Of a stretch of DNA of 64,000 bases, positions 32,853 to 43,427 are shown piece by piece. The stretch covers positions 960,001-1,024,000 of the forward strand of contig CAXXVL010000001.1 of NCBI GenBank assembly GCA_963667845.2. Reading direction: 5' to 3'. The notes beneath the pieces were generated by a model. That model was not told the origin of the DNA, searched no databases, and was given only the letters and a program-made list of their open reading frames with translations. A program made the translations under genes and the position numbers. Position 1 is the stretch's first letter. Each line of letters opens with the position of its first letter. The DNA comes from Smithellaceae bacterium (GTDB taxonomy: Bacteria; Desulfobacterota; Syntrophia; Syntrophales; Smithellaceae).

Positions 32853-33503
32853 ATGAAAATGAAAAACGTGTTTGCTGATGTGTTTTTAGTCATGGCCATG
32901 ACAATGGCATTGATTGTTGGAATGTCCAGTCCGGCAGCAGCTCACTGTGATACGTTGGACGGACCTGTTATTCAAGATGCCAGGAAGGCCTTGGAGGTCA
33001 AAGATATTACGCCCGTCCTCAAGTGGGTCAAACCCAGGGATGAAAAAAGCATTCGTACGGCCTTTGCCAGGGCACTTGCCGCGAAGGGCAAGAAAGATGA
33101 AGCCGCAGCGGAGAATCAGTTTTTTGTAACCCTCGTCAAGATCCATCGCGCCGGTGAAGGTGCGCCCTTTGCAGGGTTGAAACCGGCCGGAGAAATCGAA
33201 CCGGCCATTGTTGAAGCGGACAAATCCCTGACGAATGGATCCGCTGATGCTTTGGTGAAGCAGATGACTGATGAGATGGCAGTCGGCATCAAAAAACGTT
33301 TCGAACGGGCCGCGGCCACTTACAAACACAAAGATGAGACCGTTGAGCAAGGCAGGGAGTTTGTCGAAGCCTACGTGGAATATACGCATTTTGTAGAGAA
33401 ACTTCATCAGGTCGCGGCGGGCAAAAACGCGCATGGCGCACACCGTCAAGCGTCAAAGCATACCGAAAAAAAGGGAAGGGGTGTCAGCGAGCAAGGACAT
33501 TAA
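32853..33503 (+). CDS. Exported DUF6448-type protein
   Basis: Signal peptide followed by AHCDTLDGPV, HRAGEGAP, GREFVEAYVEYTH. Confidence 0.8.
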   Translation: MKMKNVFADVFLVMAMTMALIVGMSSPAAAHCDTLDGPVIQDARKALEVKDITPVLKWVKPRDEKSIRTAFARALAAKGKKDEAAAENQFFVTLVKIHRAGEGAPFAGLKPAGEIEPAIVEADKSLTNGSADALVKQMTDEMAVGIKKRFERAAATYKHKDETVEQGREFVEAYVEYTHFVEKLHQVAAGKNAHGAHRQASKHTEKKGRGVSEQGH

Positions 33504-33688
33504 GACGGAGGAACAATTATGAAATTTCAGATAACGCCGACTTCGACCGGATGAATAAAATTGGCTGGGAACTGCGCAAGTTTCACCGCGAGGAATACTC
33601 CGCGCATCGCGGTGTGCGCTATAACTTCTATCCGGTGAAAGACATATTTTTGAGCGGGTTGAAAGGCGTTAAAAAAGAACATCGCAGA

Positions 33689-35986
33689 TTATTTGATGCA
33701 GACCCTGCGAACTTGAATGAAATCTGTGAAGCCTTTAAGCGATTTGATGATGCCGTCCTGAAGAAGCGTGGTCATGCCCTCTGACATGGCCTTGTTCCTG
33801 AGGACTTCAACCGTTTCATGTTTTTGCACCATCCGTTTGATACCGTCGGAAGCCACAACAAGTTCGTGAATGCCCATTCTGCCTTTGTAACCGGTCTTGT
33901 CACAAACGTCGCATCCCTTGGGACGAAACAATTTAAAGTCTTTATTATAAGCAATGCCTAATTTCGCGAAATCTTCAGCACCGTAACTTTCTACGATTTC
34001 TTCAAATTCTTCCTTGGTGGGATGGTATTGTTCTTTGCAGTTTTTACATAACGTCCGGACAAGGCGCTGGGCTAGAATGCCCAGCAATGCGTCGGCAAAA
34101 TTCAGCGGGTCAATACCCATGTCCAGCAATCGAACAATCGTTTCCGGTGCGCTGTTCGTATGCAGGGTGCTGAGAACCAGATGGCCCGTAAGCGATGCCT
34201 CGACGCCGATCTTGGCGGTTTCAAAGTCACGCATTTCGCCGACCATGATGATGTCCGGATCGGCACGCAGGAATGATCGCATGGCAGCCGCAAAATCAAA
34301 TCCGATTTTGGGCTGGACCTGAACCTGACGCAGCCCGTATTGCGTGATTTCTACCGGATCTTCGGCCGTCCAGATCTTGCGGTCCGGACGGTTGATGTGG
34401 TGCAGAGCCGCATGCAAAGTAGTGGTTTTACCTGAACCGGTCGGGCCGACGACCAGAATCATGCCGTAGGGCTTGGAGATTATTTTGAGCAGCTCATTAT
34501 AATTGTGTTTTTCGATGCCCATATCGTTGAGCGGCATCGTTTCGCCTTTGGCCAGAAGCCGCATGACGACGTCTTCCACTCCACCCTGTGTTGGAATAGA
34601 AGCCACGCGCAGTTCTAATTCATCGCCGGAGCTCCGGCGGAATTTAATTTTTCCATCCTGCGGCAGCCGTTTAACGGTGATATCCAGGTTGGACATGATC
34701 TTGATCCGGGAAATCAGCGCCGCGCGGTAACTGAAGGGAACCGTCTGATAAAGGGAACAATCGCCATCGACGCGGAAGCGGATTTCGACATTTTTTCTGC
34801 CGACGTTCGGTTCGACATGAATATCGGATGCCCGGCGGGCATAAGCGTCGTTAATGATTTTGTTGACGAGCTGCATGATCACGCTGTCGGATTCCGTGAC
34901 CAGCTCCGAACCTTCTTCGTCGTCGAAGCCCCGGTCGTCATCGTCCAGTTTACCTAAAAGTTCGGTGAAAGAATGTTCGCCGTCCGTGGTGCGGAAAAAG
35001 AGATTAATGAATTTTAAAATATCATCGGGCAAGGCGACATCGTACTTCACCTTTTTGGATTTCATGAGATTTTCAATGGCATCCCGTTTCAGGATATTGT
35101 TGGGATCGTCGACCAGTACGTGAATATAGCCGTCAATCGTTTCCAGCGGGACCCACAGCTCGCGGGAGAGATAATCCCGTTTCAGATTCCGGATTAAATC
35201 GCCGGGAATCACTGCTTTTTCATTGTAATCGACAAACCGGCAACGGTAAAATTCTTCAAAGGAGTGCCCGATGTCGTCCTTGGAAATTCTATACTTGCGC
35301 ATCAGGTACTGTTCCATGGTTTCTTTTTGTTCGCGCGCTTCTTCCCAGGCGGCATCCATTTCTTCATCTTTGACCAGGCCGCGCGTGATCAGGAAATCGA
35401 AACGGGTCTTACGGCGTCGGGAGAAGCGCTGCTGATTATAAAAGGCGACACCCAGAACCTCGGCAATTTCCATCGCCAGTCCGACTTCATCTTCGCTGAA
35501 TTTACTGTCGCCTTTCTGCCTGTTGAGAATCTGGATAACGCCCATGATCTGATCTTCGTAGAAGATCGGAGCGCAAAGAACCTGTCTGGACTTAAATCCG
35601 GATTTTTTATCCCAACTGGAATCGAACGTGAGTTCAAAATCGATGGCTTTCAGCTCCGCCTGGTTGTAGGCGTCGCTGATATTAACAATATTATATGTAT
35701 TGGCCACGTACCCGGCGATGCTTTGATTGCTGATCGGGACGCGGATTTCCTTAAGAAGTGACCCGGCGTGGAACATCGAATAGATTTCATTTTGGAGCTT
35801 GTCGACGACATAGATGGTGATTGAATCCGATTGAAATAAATTTAAAAAACCATCTTTAAGATCAACCAGGATTTGGGGAATGTTCTGCGCCGCATGGATG
35901 CGATTGGTTATGTCCTGCAGATTCTTCCGTATCCGCAGTTTCTCATCCATGTTGTTTGAGGAATCTGACTTAAGCTGAACGCTCAT
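33689..35986 (-). CDS. GAF-domain GspE/PilB-family secretion ATPase
   Basis: N-terminal GAF (SIAGYVA, DKKSGF), ASDIHVEP, GPTGSGKTT, EDPVE, LRADPD, TGHLVLSTLHTN. Confidence 0.93.
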   Translation of the reverse strand: MSVQLKSDSSNNMDEKLRIRKNLQDITNRIHAAQNIPQILVDLKDGFLNLFQSDSITIYVVDKLQNEIYSMFHAGSLLKEIRVPISNQSIAGYVANTYNIVNISDAYNQAELKAIDFELTFDSSWDKKSGFKSRQVLCAPIFYEDQIMGVIQILNRQKGDSKFSEDEVGLAMEIAEVLGVAFYNQQRFSRRRKTRFDFLITRGLVKDEEMDAAWEEAREQKETMEQYLMRKYRISKDDIGHSFEEFYRCRFVDYNEKAVIPGDLIRNLKRDYLSRELWVPLETIDGYIHVLVDDPNNILKRDAIENLMKSKKVKYDVALPDDILKFINLFFRTTDGEHSFTELLGKLDDDDRGFDDEEGSELVTESDSVIMQLVNKIINDAYARRASDIHVEPNVGRKNVEIRFRVDGDCSLYQTVPFSYRAALISRIKIMSNLDITVKRLPQDGKIKFRRSSGDELELRVASIPTQGGVEDVVMRLLAKGETMPLNDMGIEKHNYNELLKIISKPYGMILVVGPTGSGKTTTLHAALHHINRPDRKIWTAEDPVEITQYGLRQVQVQPKIGFDFAAAMRSFLRADPDIIMVGEMRDFETAKIGVEASLTGHLVLSTLHTNSAPETIVRLLDMGIDPLNFADALLGILAQRLVRTLCKNCKEQYHPTKEEFEEIVESYGAEDFAKLGIAYNKDFKLFRPKGCDVCDKTGYKGRMGIHELVVASDGIKRMVQKHETVEVLRNKAMSEGMTTLLQDGIIKSLKGFTDFIQVRRVCIK

Positions 35987-36121
35987 CAGGCAACTTTCTC
36001 CATCCTCTCGGCATAATGAAATGTTCCGGTATCTTAGCAAGCGCCGAGGGGAATGTCAATCGATCAGATACCGGCGTTATGTGCCTGAGAAATTTAGGAT
36101 ATTGACCCAGGCGTCCAGGCC

Positions 36122-38194
36122 TCAGCCGGCGGTCACAATTTTTGAAAAATCGGCAATTTTATGGAACAGCGCCGATATCTCGGACAAAAGAGACAGGCGG
36201 TTATAACGGATCTTTTCATCTTTATCCATGACCATGACGTTGTCAAAAAAGGCATCCACGGGCGGACGCAGACCGGCGAGTTTGTTCAGGGCGATATTGA
36301 AATCTTTCTCGGCAATGCCCTTTTCGACGCGCAATTTGATATTTTCCAGTGACGAAAAAAGTTTGATTTCCGCATCATGGGCCAGCAGGTTGACATCCAC
36401 CTGTCCTTCGCGGAAGTCTTTCAAAATATTATCCACCCGCTTGAAAGCGACTGAAATCGGCTCGAATTCCGGATTCTGCCGGAACACCTGCAGAGCTTGA
36501 ATCTTCTCAATAACCGAGACGAGGTCGTCAATGTCCGTTGATAGAACCGCATCCACAGTGTCGTACGCATAACCCTGGCTGATCAGCTGATTTTGCAGGC
36601 GGCCCCTGAAGAAGTCCAGAACGTCTTTCTTAATCTCCTCGGACGGTCTCTTCAGGACATCTTTCAGAGAGGCCAGGCACTCATCGATTAAGAAACTTAA
36701 ACTGAGCGCATACTGCCGCGATAAAATGATGTTGATTATGCCCAGTGCCTGACGTCTCAGAGCATAGGGATCGGCCGTCCCGGTCGGCGGCATTCCCACG
36801 GCAAAGAAGCCGACGATAGTGTCTATTTTATCGGCAATACCGACAATGGCGCCTTCATCCGACTCCGGTAAATCACCGCCGGCGACAATCGGCAAATAAT
36901 GTTCATAAATGGCATTGGCGATTTCAGGCTTCTCGCCCGCAATCAACGCATATTCGCGCCCCATAATGCCCTGGAGTTCCGAGAACTCGCAGACCATGAG
37001 GGATTCCAGATCGGCTTTGGCCAGAAGCGCCGCCCGGTCGACGTTCTTTTTCGCGGACGGTCTTACTTTGGCGGCGATCTTGACCGCCAATTTGCGGAAG
37101 CGCATCACTTTTTTGTGCGACGTTCCCAAAAGCGTATGAAAGACGACTTTCTTCAGTGACTCGACCCGGTCTTCCAGCGGAACTTTTTTGTCTTCTTCAA
37201 AAAAGAACGACGCATCGGCCAGGCGGGCCCGAAGCACGCGCTCATTGCCTTTGGCCACCACATCAAGATTGCGGGCGCGGGTGTTGCTGACTGCGATAAA
37301 ATAGGGCAGAAGTCTTCCTTCAGGATTAACGACAGGGAAGTATTTCTGATGCGAGATCATCGTGGTTGTAAGAACTTCTTTAGGAATCTTTAAATAATCT
37401 TCATCGAAGTCGCCGCGCACAATCACGGGATATTCCACGATGAAGCTGACGGTATCCAAAAGGTCTTCCGTGTAATAGAGTTTGCCGCCAACTTCGGCTG
37501 CCGCTTTTTCGGCTTCCTCCAAAATAAATTTCTTTCGTTCCGCCGGATCAGCGATAACAAAGTTTTCTCTGGTTTTGGAGAGATAATCCTCAAATCCTGA
37601 AACGACAAAGGGTTCCGCACTCATGAAGCGATGTCCGCGGGACAGGTTGCCGCTTTCGATATTTTCAATCTTCAAGGGAACAATTTTACCGGCATAGAGC
37701 GCCAGAATCCAATGCACCGGACGAGCGAAACGCAAATCATAGTCTCCCCAGCGCATGGATTTCCGAAAAGGGATAGCTAAAAGAAAGCCCGTCAGGATCT
37801 CCGGCAGAAGGTCCGTCGTCGGCTGTCCGGCGATGGTCTTGCGAGCTCCCAGGTATTCGCCCTTCTCGGTAACGATTGTTTCCAGTTGCGAGACTTCCAT
37901 TCCCTGGCCCCGCGCAAACCCCAATGCGGCTTTTGTCGGCTGTCCGTTTTCATCGAAGGCGGCTTTTTTGGCAGGTCCCATCTTTTCGATCGTCTGATCT
38001 TCCTGTTTGGGAAAGACATCCGCGATGTAAAGGACCAGACGGCGCGGCGTTGCCAGACATTTGACTCCGGTAAAGCCAATGCGCTTTTCCGTCAACGATT
38101 TGCTGATGATGTCTTTCATATCCACTACGGCTTTAGACAAAAAAGCGGCTGGGATTTCTTCAGTGCCAATTTCAAAAAGCAGTTCGTTACTCAT
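36122..38194 (-). CDS. glyS: Glycine--tRNA ligase beta subunit
   Basis: LFEIGTEEIP, TPRRL, FARPVHW, EFSELQG, DPYALRR. Confidence 0.97.
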   Translation of the reverse strand: MSNELLFEIGTEEIPAAFLSKAVVDMKDIISKSLTEKRIGFTGVKCLATPRRLVLYIADVFPKQEDQTIEKMGPAKKAAFDENGQPTKAALGFARGQGMEVSQLETIVTEKGEYLGARKTIAGQPTTDLLPEILTGFLLAIPFRKSMRWGDYDLRFARPVHWILALYAGKIVPLKIENIESGNLSRGHRFMSAEPFVVSGFEDYLSKTRENFVIADPAERKKFILEEAEKAAAEVGGKLYYTEDLLDTVSFIVEYPVIVRGDFDEDYLKIPKEVLTTTMISHQKYFPVVNPEGRLLPYFIAVSNTRARNLDVVAKGNERVLRARLADASFFFEEDKKVPLEDRVESLKKVVFHTLLGTSHKKVMRFRKLAVKIAAKVRPSAKKNVDRAALLAKADLESLMVCEFSELQGIMGREYALIAGEKPEIANAIYEHYLPIVAGGDLPESDEGAIVGIADKIDTIVGFFAVGMPPTGTADPYALRRQALGIINIILSRQYALSLSFLIDECLASLKDVLKRPSEEIKKDVLDFFRGRLQNQLISQGYAYDTVDAVLSTDIDDLVSVIEKIQALQVFRQNPEFEPISVAFKRVDNILKDFREGQVDVNLLAHDAEIKLFSSLENIKLRVEKGIAEKDFNIALNKLAGLRPPVDAFFDNVMVMDKDEKIRYNRLSLLSEISALFHKIADFSKIVTAG

Positions 38195-38213
38195 CGTATC
38201 TCCAGATAATCAG

Positions 38214-39086
38214 CTAATTATTCTTTAAAAGAGGGTATCCCAGTTCTTCGCGCTGTTTGAGGTAAAGTTCGGCGGAGAGTCGCGCCAGATTTCTAACCCG
38301 GCCGATGTAGCTTGTGCGCTCGGCTACGCTGATGGCGCCGCGCGCATTGAGCAGATTGAAGGCATGGGAACATTTCAGGCAGTAATCGTAAGCCGGCAGC
38401 GCCAGATTCTTTTCGGCAATGCGCAGCGCTTCCTCTTCGTAAGTGTCAAAGAGCTTGCGCAGCATCGGAATATCCGCCACTTCAAAGTTGTACGTGGAAA
38501 ATTCCACCTCACCCTTGTGATGAACATCGCCGTATTTGATCTTGTCCGTCCACTGCAGATCGTAAACGTTGTTGATACCCTGAATGTACATGGCAATACG
38601 CTCCGTTCCGTAAGTCAGCTCGGCGCATACCGGATGCAAATCGAATCCGCCCACTTGCTGAAAATAAGTGAACTGCGAGATTTCCATGCCGTCGAGCCAT
38701 ACTTCCCAGCCCAACCCCCAGGCGCCCAATGTCGGGGATTCCCAGTCGTCCTCTACAAAACGGATATCGTGTTCCAGCGGATCGATGCCGAAGCTTTTAA
38801 GCGAGTTGAGATACAGTTCCTGGATATTCATCGGAGACGGTTTCATGATCACCTGATACTGGTAATAGTGCTGAAGACGGTTGGGGTTTTCTCCGTAACG
38901 ACCGTCCGTCGGTCGCCGGGAAGGCTGTACGTAGGCTACGTTCCAGGGTTCCGGTCCCAGCGCACGCAGGCAGGTTGCGGGGTGAAATGTTCCCGCACCG
39001 ACTTCCATATCATAAGGTTGCTGGATGACGCAGCCCTGAGAGTGCCAGTATTGTTCGAGCGCGAATATTAATTCCTGAAATGTCAC
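38214..39086 (-). CDS. glyQ: Glycine--tRNA ligase alpha subunit
   Basis: GTG start after RBS aaggagg; [31 protein letters not shown]. Confidence 0.97.
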   Translation of the reverse strand: MTFQELIFALEQYWHSQGCVIQQPYDMEVGAGTFHPATCLRALGPEPWNVAYVQPSRRPTDGRYGENPNRLQHYYQYQVIMKPSPMNIQELYLNSLKSFGIDPLEHDIRFVEDDWESPTLGAWGLGWEVWLDGMEISQFTYFQQVGGFDLHPVCAELTYGTERIAMYIQGINNVYDLQWTDKIKYGDVHHKGEVEFSTYNFEVADIPMLRKLFDTYEEEALRIAEKNLALPAYDYCLKCSHAFNLLNARGAISVAERTSYIGRVRNLARLSAELYLKQREELGYPLLKNN

Positions 39087-39333
39087 GATATCCTCCTTGT
39101 GTATACCGGTGAAAAGCACAGACCGCGTAAGAATCCATGTCTTCAAATTTACAGGCGCTAACTACCACGAAAGGGTGATGGGGTCAATATCAAAGGGCAA
39201 AAGGCCCAAAGTGGCCCCGGCGTTGCACGGGGCAACGTGTTTTCCATTGACAGGGAGGGCTGTTTTTCTTAAGAATGGCCAAGCAGAATGATGCCTTCGT
39301 TTCACAAATCAACAAGTCGTTCAGGAGATAAGC

Positions 39334-40491
39334 ATGCTCAATTTCATGTTTCAGAATCCGACCAAGGTCATTTTTGGAAGAAACACTTTGGAGCTCATCC
39401 CAGGCGAGATTCCCCGAACAGCCAGAGTGATGGTGACGTATGGGTCGATGAGCGCCAGGAGGTATGGCGTGCTGGATGAGGTCAAAACCGCTCTGGAGGG
39501 GTATGATCTTGTCGAATTCGGAGGCATCGACCCGAATCCCGAATACGAGACACTCCTCAAGGGAATATCCCTGATCCGAGAAAAACGGGTTGATTTTCTT
39601 CTGGCGATTGGCGGCGGTTCCGTCATCGACGGTACCAAGTTCATGGCCGCCGCGGCACCCTTCACGGGCGCGCCGTTCCTGTTGCTGGAAAACGCCGGCA
39701 GCGCCATTACAGAATCTTTGCCCGTCGGTGCGGTCGCGACACTGCCGGCCAGTGGTTCGGAAATGAACAGCCGCGCAATTATTACGCGCAGAGCCACGAT
39801 GATAAAACGAGGCATTATGAATCCGTTTTTATACCCGCGGTTTGCCGTGCTGGATCCGACGAAGACCTATACGCTGCCGGCCGGGCAGATCGGCAATGGC
39901 GTGGTCGATACGTTTGTTCATGTCCTGGAACAGTATATGACTTATCCGGTTGCGGGTCACGTTCAGGATCGCTTGGCTGAAGGCCTGCTGTCTGTCTTGA
40001 TCGAGGATGGACCCAGAGCGCTTAGTGACCCGGAAAATTACGACGTCCGAGCCAACCTTATGTGGGCTGCAACCCTGGGACTGAACGGTCTCATCGGTGC
40101 GGGCGTTCCTCAGGACTGGTCGGCGCATCGGCTGGGATATGAGCTGACGGTTTTATATGGGTTGGATCACGCTCAGACGCTGGCGGCCCTGGTCCCGGCC
40201 ATGCTTAAGGTTCGTCTTCAGGGTAAAAGGCAAAAACTATTGCAGTATGGCGAGCGTGTCTGGGGTATCATTTCGGGGACTGAATCATCGCGTCTGGAAG
40301 AAGCAATCGGCAGAACACGCGCATTTTTCGAAAGCATGGGCTTGCCGACACATTTAAGCGGTTACGGCCTGACGAATATTGATATTGAACAGGTCATGGA
40401 GCTGCTCCGGGCGCATGGCCTGACTCACATGGGTGAAAGCGGGGATGTCACGCCGGACATGGCGCGGGAAATACTGACGCTCTGTGCCTAG
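39334..40491 (+). CDS. Iron-containing alcohol dehydrogenase (YqhD/butanol dehydrogenase-like)
   Basis: NPTKVIFG, GGGSVIDGTK, GSEMN, QDWSAH, HAQTLA. Confidence 0.93.
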   Translation: MLNFMFQNPTKVIFGRNTLELIPGEIPRTARVMVTYGSMSARRYGVLDEVKTALEGYDLVEFGGIDPNPEYETLLKGISLIREKRVDFLLAIGGGSVIDGTKFMAAAAPFTGAPFLLLENAGSAITESLPVGAVATLPASGSEMNSRAIITRRATMIKRGIMNPFLYPRFAVLDPTKTYTLPAGQIGNGVVDTFVHVLEQYMTYPVAGHVQDRLAEGLLSVLIEDGPRALSDPENYDVRANLMWAATLGLNGLIGAGVPQDWSAHRLGYELTVLYGLDHAQTLAALVPAMLKVRLQGKRQKLLQYGERVWGIISGTESSRLEEAIGRTRAFFESMGLPTHLSGYGLTNIDIEQVMELLRAHGLTHMGESGDVTPDMAREILTLCA

Positions 40492-40669
40492 CGGAAGAAA
40501 CAGTGAATTTTCCGTTATTCCCGGACAGACCGCTTTTTAGTGACGGCATTGCGCCGGAAATCGGAATTGTTGGTGTTCCGGTTACGACCGCCACTGGGAT
40601 TGCGATAAGCAGGAGGCGCCCGTGCATTGGGTGTCGACGTCCACTGTCACCCTATTTTGCTCACACCGG

Positions 40670-40727
40670 ATCAATCACCTCGCAGCAAGCTCAGGAGAAT
40701 TAACGCTCGTCCCGCGTGAGCGGGATT
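40670..40727 (-). repeat. Dispersed REP-like element, copy 1
   Basis: Reverse complement aatcccgctcacgcgggacgagcgttaattctcctgagcttgctgcgagg matches the copies at 47058 and 60251. Confidence 0.75.
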
Positions 40728-41011
40728 AAAAATCCGCAGAATTTCATAACGTTCGAAAAACGCCCGATTCCGAGCGCGCAGGTCAATGATCATAGGACGG
40801 CGATTCCAAGATGATGACGTCGAACCTGCCTTGAATTTTATGACCTGATAGTATTGACATAACCTCTCTGATTGTTTATATATCTACGTAAATGGTGCGT
40901 CCTTATTTTCAAATCTCACGGATGCGATGTTTAATTTAAAAGGGTAATTGATTTTGCGGGAAAGAAAATCAATTTTATCGAGATCTTAAACACAGGAGAA
41001 GGAGAGAGAAG

Positions 41012-42052
41012 ATGAAAAAAATTATTTCAGTATTTGTGATCCTGATGTTGGCGGCAATCGCCACCACGGGATTCGCGCAGGTGAAGGCGGGATCGGTTAA
41101 CATTACACCCACAATAGGATTTTATAAATTTGAAGGCAATGAAGATATGGAGAGTTCTATTGCCCTCGGTCTGCGTGCCGGTTACTTTTTTACCAAATAT
41201 ATCGGCATTGAAGGCTACGCTCATTACGTGCCCACAAAGATCAATGGTACGAGTGAAAATATTAAGTTTGTCGGCTATGGGATTGAAGGTATCGTCAACC
41301 TCCTGCCGAACGGCGCCTTCGTTCCTTTTCTGGCAGTTGGTGTCGGTGGCGCCCATTACAGCAACGCTTTTGAAGACACGACCGAAAATAAACGAAACAA
41401 AATCACTGCGGATTACGGTGCAGGCGTGAAGTATTTTCTGTCAGAGAACATTGCCCTGCGCGCTGATGTCCGCCATATCATTCCTTTCGATAGAACACAC
41501 AACGATTTACTCGGTACGGTCGGTTTAACCTTTGCCTTTGGCGGCGCGAAAAAGGCTGTAGCGGCACCGGAACCTGCTCCCGCTCCGGAGCCCGTGGCTC
41601 CTGCCCCCGCACCGGTTGTTGTACCTCCGCCTCCGCCTCCGCCTCCGCCGGTTGTTGAGGAAGTCAAGAAACCGGCGGCTGCCGCTCCCGCAATTATCGA
41701 GAAGGGGCGAGTAACGCTGAATGTCTTATTTGATACCAACAAAGCTGTCATCAAGAAGAATTCCTTCAGGGAAGTGGATAACCTGATCACCGTCATGAAA
41801 GATTATCCTGAACTTAACGTGACGATCGAAGGCCATACGGACAATGTGGGTAGCGCAGCCTCCAATAAAAAGCTGTCCCAGAGACGCGCGGACGCGGTCA
41901 AGAAATACATGGTCAGCAAGGGTATTGATGCCCAACGGCTGAATGCCGTCGGCTTCGGTTTGGAGAAGCCCATTGCATCCAATGCTACAAAAGAAGGACG
42001 AGCGAAGAACCGTCGCGTGGAAGCGGCTGCTGATTATGTCTTTAAGAAGTAA
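41012..42052 (+). CDS. OmpA-family outer membrane protein (beta-barrel, Pro-rich linker, peptidoglycan-binding domain)
   Basis: Signal peptide, PEPAPAP linker, IEGHTDNVG, NKKLSQRRA, NRRVE. Confidence 0.95.
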   Translation: MKKIISVFVILMLAAIATTGFAQVKAGSVNITPTIGFYKFEGNEDMESSIALGLRAGYFFTKYIGIEGYAHYVPTKINGTSENIKFVGYGIEGIVNLLPNGAFVPFLAVGVGGAHYSNAFEDTTENKRNKITADYGAGVKYFLSENIALRADVRHIIPFDRTHNDLLGTVGLTFAFGGAKKAVAAPEPAPAPEPVAPAPAPVVVPPPPPPPPPVVEEVKKPAAAAPAIIEKGRVTLNVLFDTNKAVIKKNSFREVDNLITVMKDYPELNVTIEGHTDNVGSAASNKKLSQRRADAVKKYMVSKGIDAQRLNAVGFGLEKPIASNATKEGRAKNRRVEAAADYVFKK

Positions 42053-42100
42053 GATCTTATAGGTCATCAGTCTATTAGACTGTAGGCTGTATAGGTCGTT

Positions 42101-42136
42101 AAAAAAGCCCCCGCGGCGATGCTGCGGGGGCTTTTT
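42101..42136. terminator. Bidirectional rho-independent terminator
   Basis: aaaaaagcccccgcggcgatgctgcgggggcttttt between convergent genes. Confidence 0.88.
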
Positions 42137-42190
42137 ATTCTATGCGCAGGAGACCCGGGCGTGTTCGCTAATGGTCTATCGTCTATGAGC

Positions 42191-43417
42191 CTATTTACGC
42201 GTCTGCTTCGTGGCTTTGCGCAGAAGGGCTCCCTTTGGTGCAATGAAAGGAAGGGAGAGATAGATTTGCTGGCCGGCATGAGCCTGATCAATCGCGTTTC
42301 CGCCGTCTGCCGCCATGCTTCGCGTATCGATTGCGACAGTTTTATCGGGCAGCAGCAACTCTACGCTGTCCCCGGCGCGCAGGTGGTTGCGAACTTCGAT
42401 TCGCACCTGCTCGCGGATATTGTCGTAATCCAGAACAATGCCGGCCGGTTCATGGGTTTGAATATTCTTGACGTCCGGACTGGTTTCGCAAATCTTTTCC
42501 GTGCTGAAAGCAAAGCCCGTCGTATAGCCGCGGTATGAAACTGTCTTGAGTTCAGCGAGCCACTGAGGGTCATAGCCATTGCGTTCATTCTGATCGGCCG
42601 GCGTGTCCAGCGCCCAACGATACGCACGTGTGACCACGGCAACGTAGTATGACGATTTCATCCTGCCTTCGATTTTGACGCTTTTAACGCCTGTGGCGAG
42701 CACTTCCGGCAGATATTCAATCAGGCACAGATCTTTTGAGCTCAGCAGATATGTGAATCGTTCATCGTCCTGTAAAATCAGCGGGTCCGACAGGCGCGTC
42801 GCTTCAGTCAAAAGGTATTCCCAGCGGCACGGCTGGGAGCAGTCACCCTGGTTGGCACTTCTGCGATTCCGAAAAGCCGATAGATAGCACCGACCCGAAT
42901 ACGCCATGCACATGGCGCCGTGGATAAATATTTCCAATTCCATCTCCGGGACTGCTGCTGCGATTTCTCCGACGTCCTGTAAATTCAGTTCCCGCGCCAG
43001 AATAATCCGCTGTACGCCCTGATCCTTCCAGAAACGTACCGCTTCGGCATTCGTTGTGTTGGCCTGTGTGCTCAAATGCAACGGGATTTGCGGATGAGAG
43101 CGGCGAATGATCCGAATGAGGCCCGGATCACTTACAATCAGTGCGTCCACACCCGCCGTCATTAATTCCGGAATGGTCTTCTCCACAATTTCGAGATCGG
43201 CGTTGCGGGCAAATGTGTTGAGGGCGGCATAAACCTTGGCGCCACGGGCGTGGGCATCCGTCACGCCTGTGGCCAGATCCGCTATCGACATTTCGGCGGA
43301 TGATGAGCGCAGGCTCAGTCCGGGGACGCCGACATAGACGGCATCGGCTCCATAAAGCAACGCTGTGCGCAATTTTTCCAGGTTTCCGGCGGGAATCAAT
43401 AGCTCGGGTTTTTGCAT
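42191..43417 (-). CDS. Peptidase U32 family protein (probably tRNA hydroxylation type)
   Basis: PELLIPAG, GADAVY, HLSTQAN, HGAMCMAYSGRC, CSQPCRW, KIEGRMK. Confidence 0.92.
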   Translation of the reverse strand: MQKPELLIPAGNLEKLRTALLYGADAVYVGVPGLSLRSSSAEMSIADLATGVTDAHARGAKVYAALNTFARNADLEIVEKTIPELMTAGVDALIVSDPGLIRIIRRSHPQIPLHLSTQANTTNAEAVRFWKDQGVQRIILARELNLQDVGEIAAAVPEMELEIFIHGAMCMAYSGRCYLSAFRNRRSANQGDCSQPCRWEYLLTEATRLSDPLILQDDERFTYLLSSKDLCLIEYLPEVLATGVKSVKIEGRMKSSYYVAVVTRAYRWALDTPADQNERNGYDPQWLAELKTVSYRGYTTGFAFSTEKICETSPDVKNIQTHEPAGIVLDYDNIREQVRIEVRNHLRAGDSVELLLPDKTVAIDTRSMAADGGNAIDQAHAGQQIYLSLPFIAPKGALLRKATKQTRK

Positions 43418-43427
43418 ATGAACTTTC

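Noticed and set aside
33519..33784. RBS + ATG at 33519 and the 77-aa ORF 33551..33784
   Set aside because: The first stops after 11 codons; the second overlaps the 3' end of the GspE-like gene on the opposite strand and has no recognisable motif.
41560..41655. cctccg/gctccg micro-repeats as a contingency locus
   Set aside because: They encode the ordinary in-frame Pro/Ala linker of OmpA.
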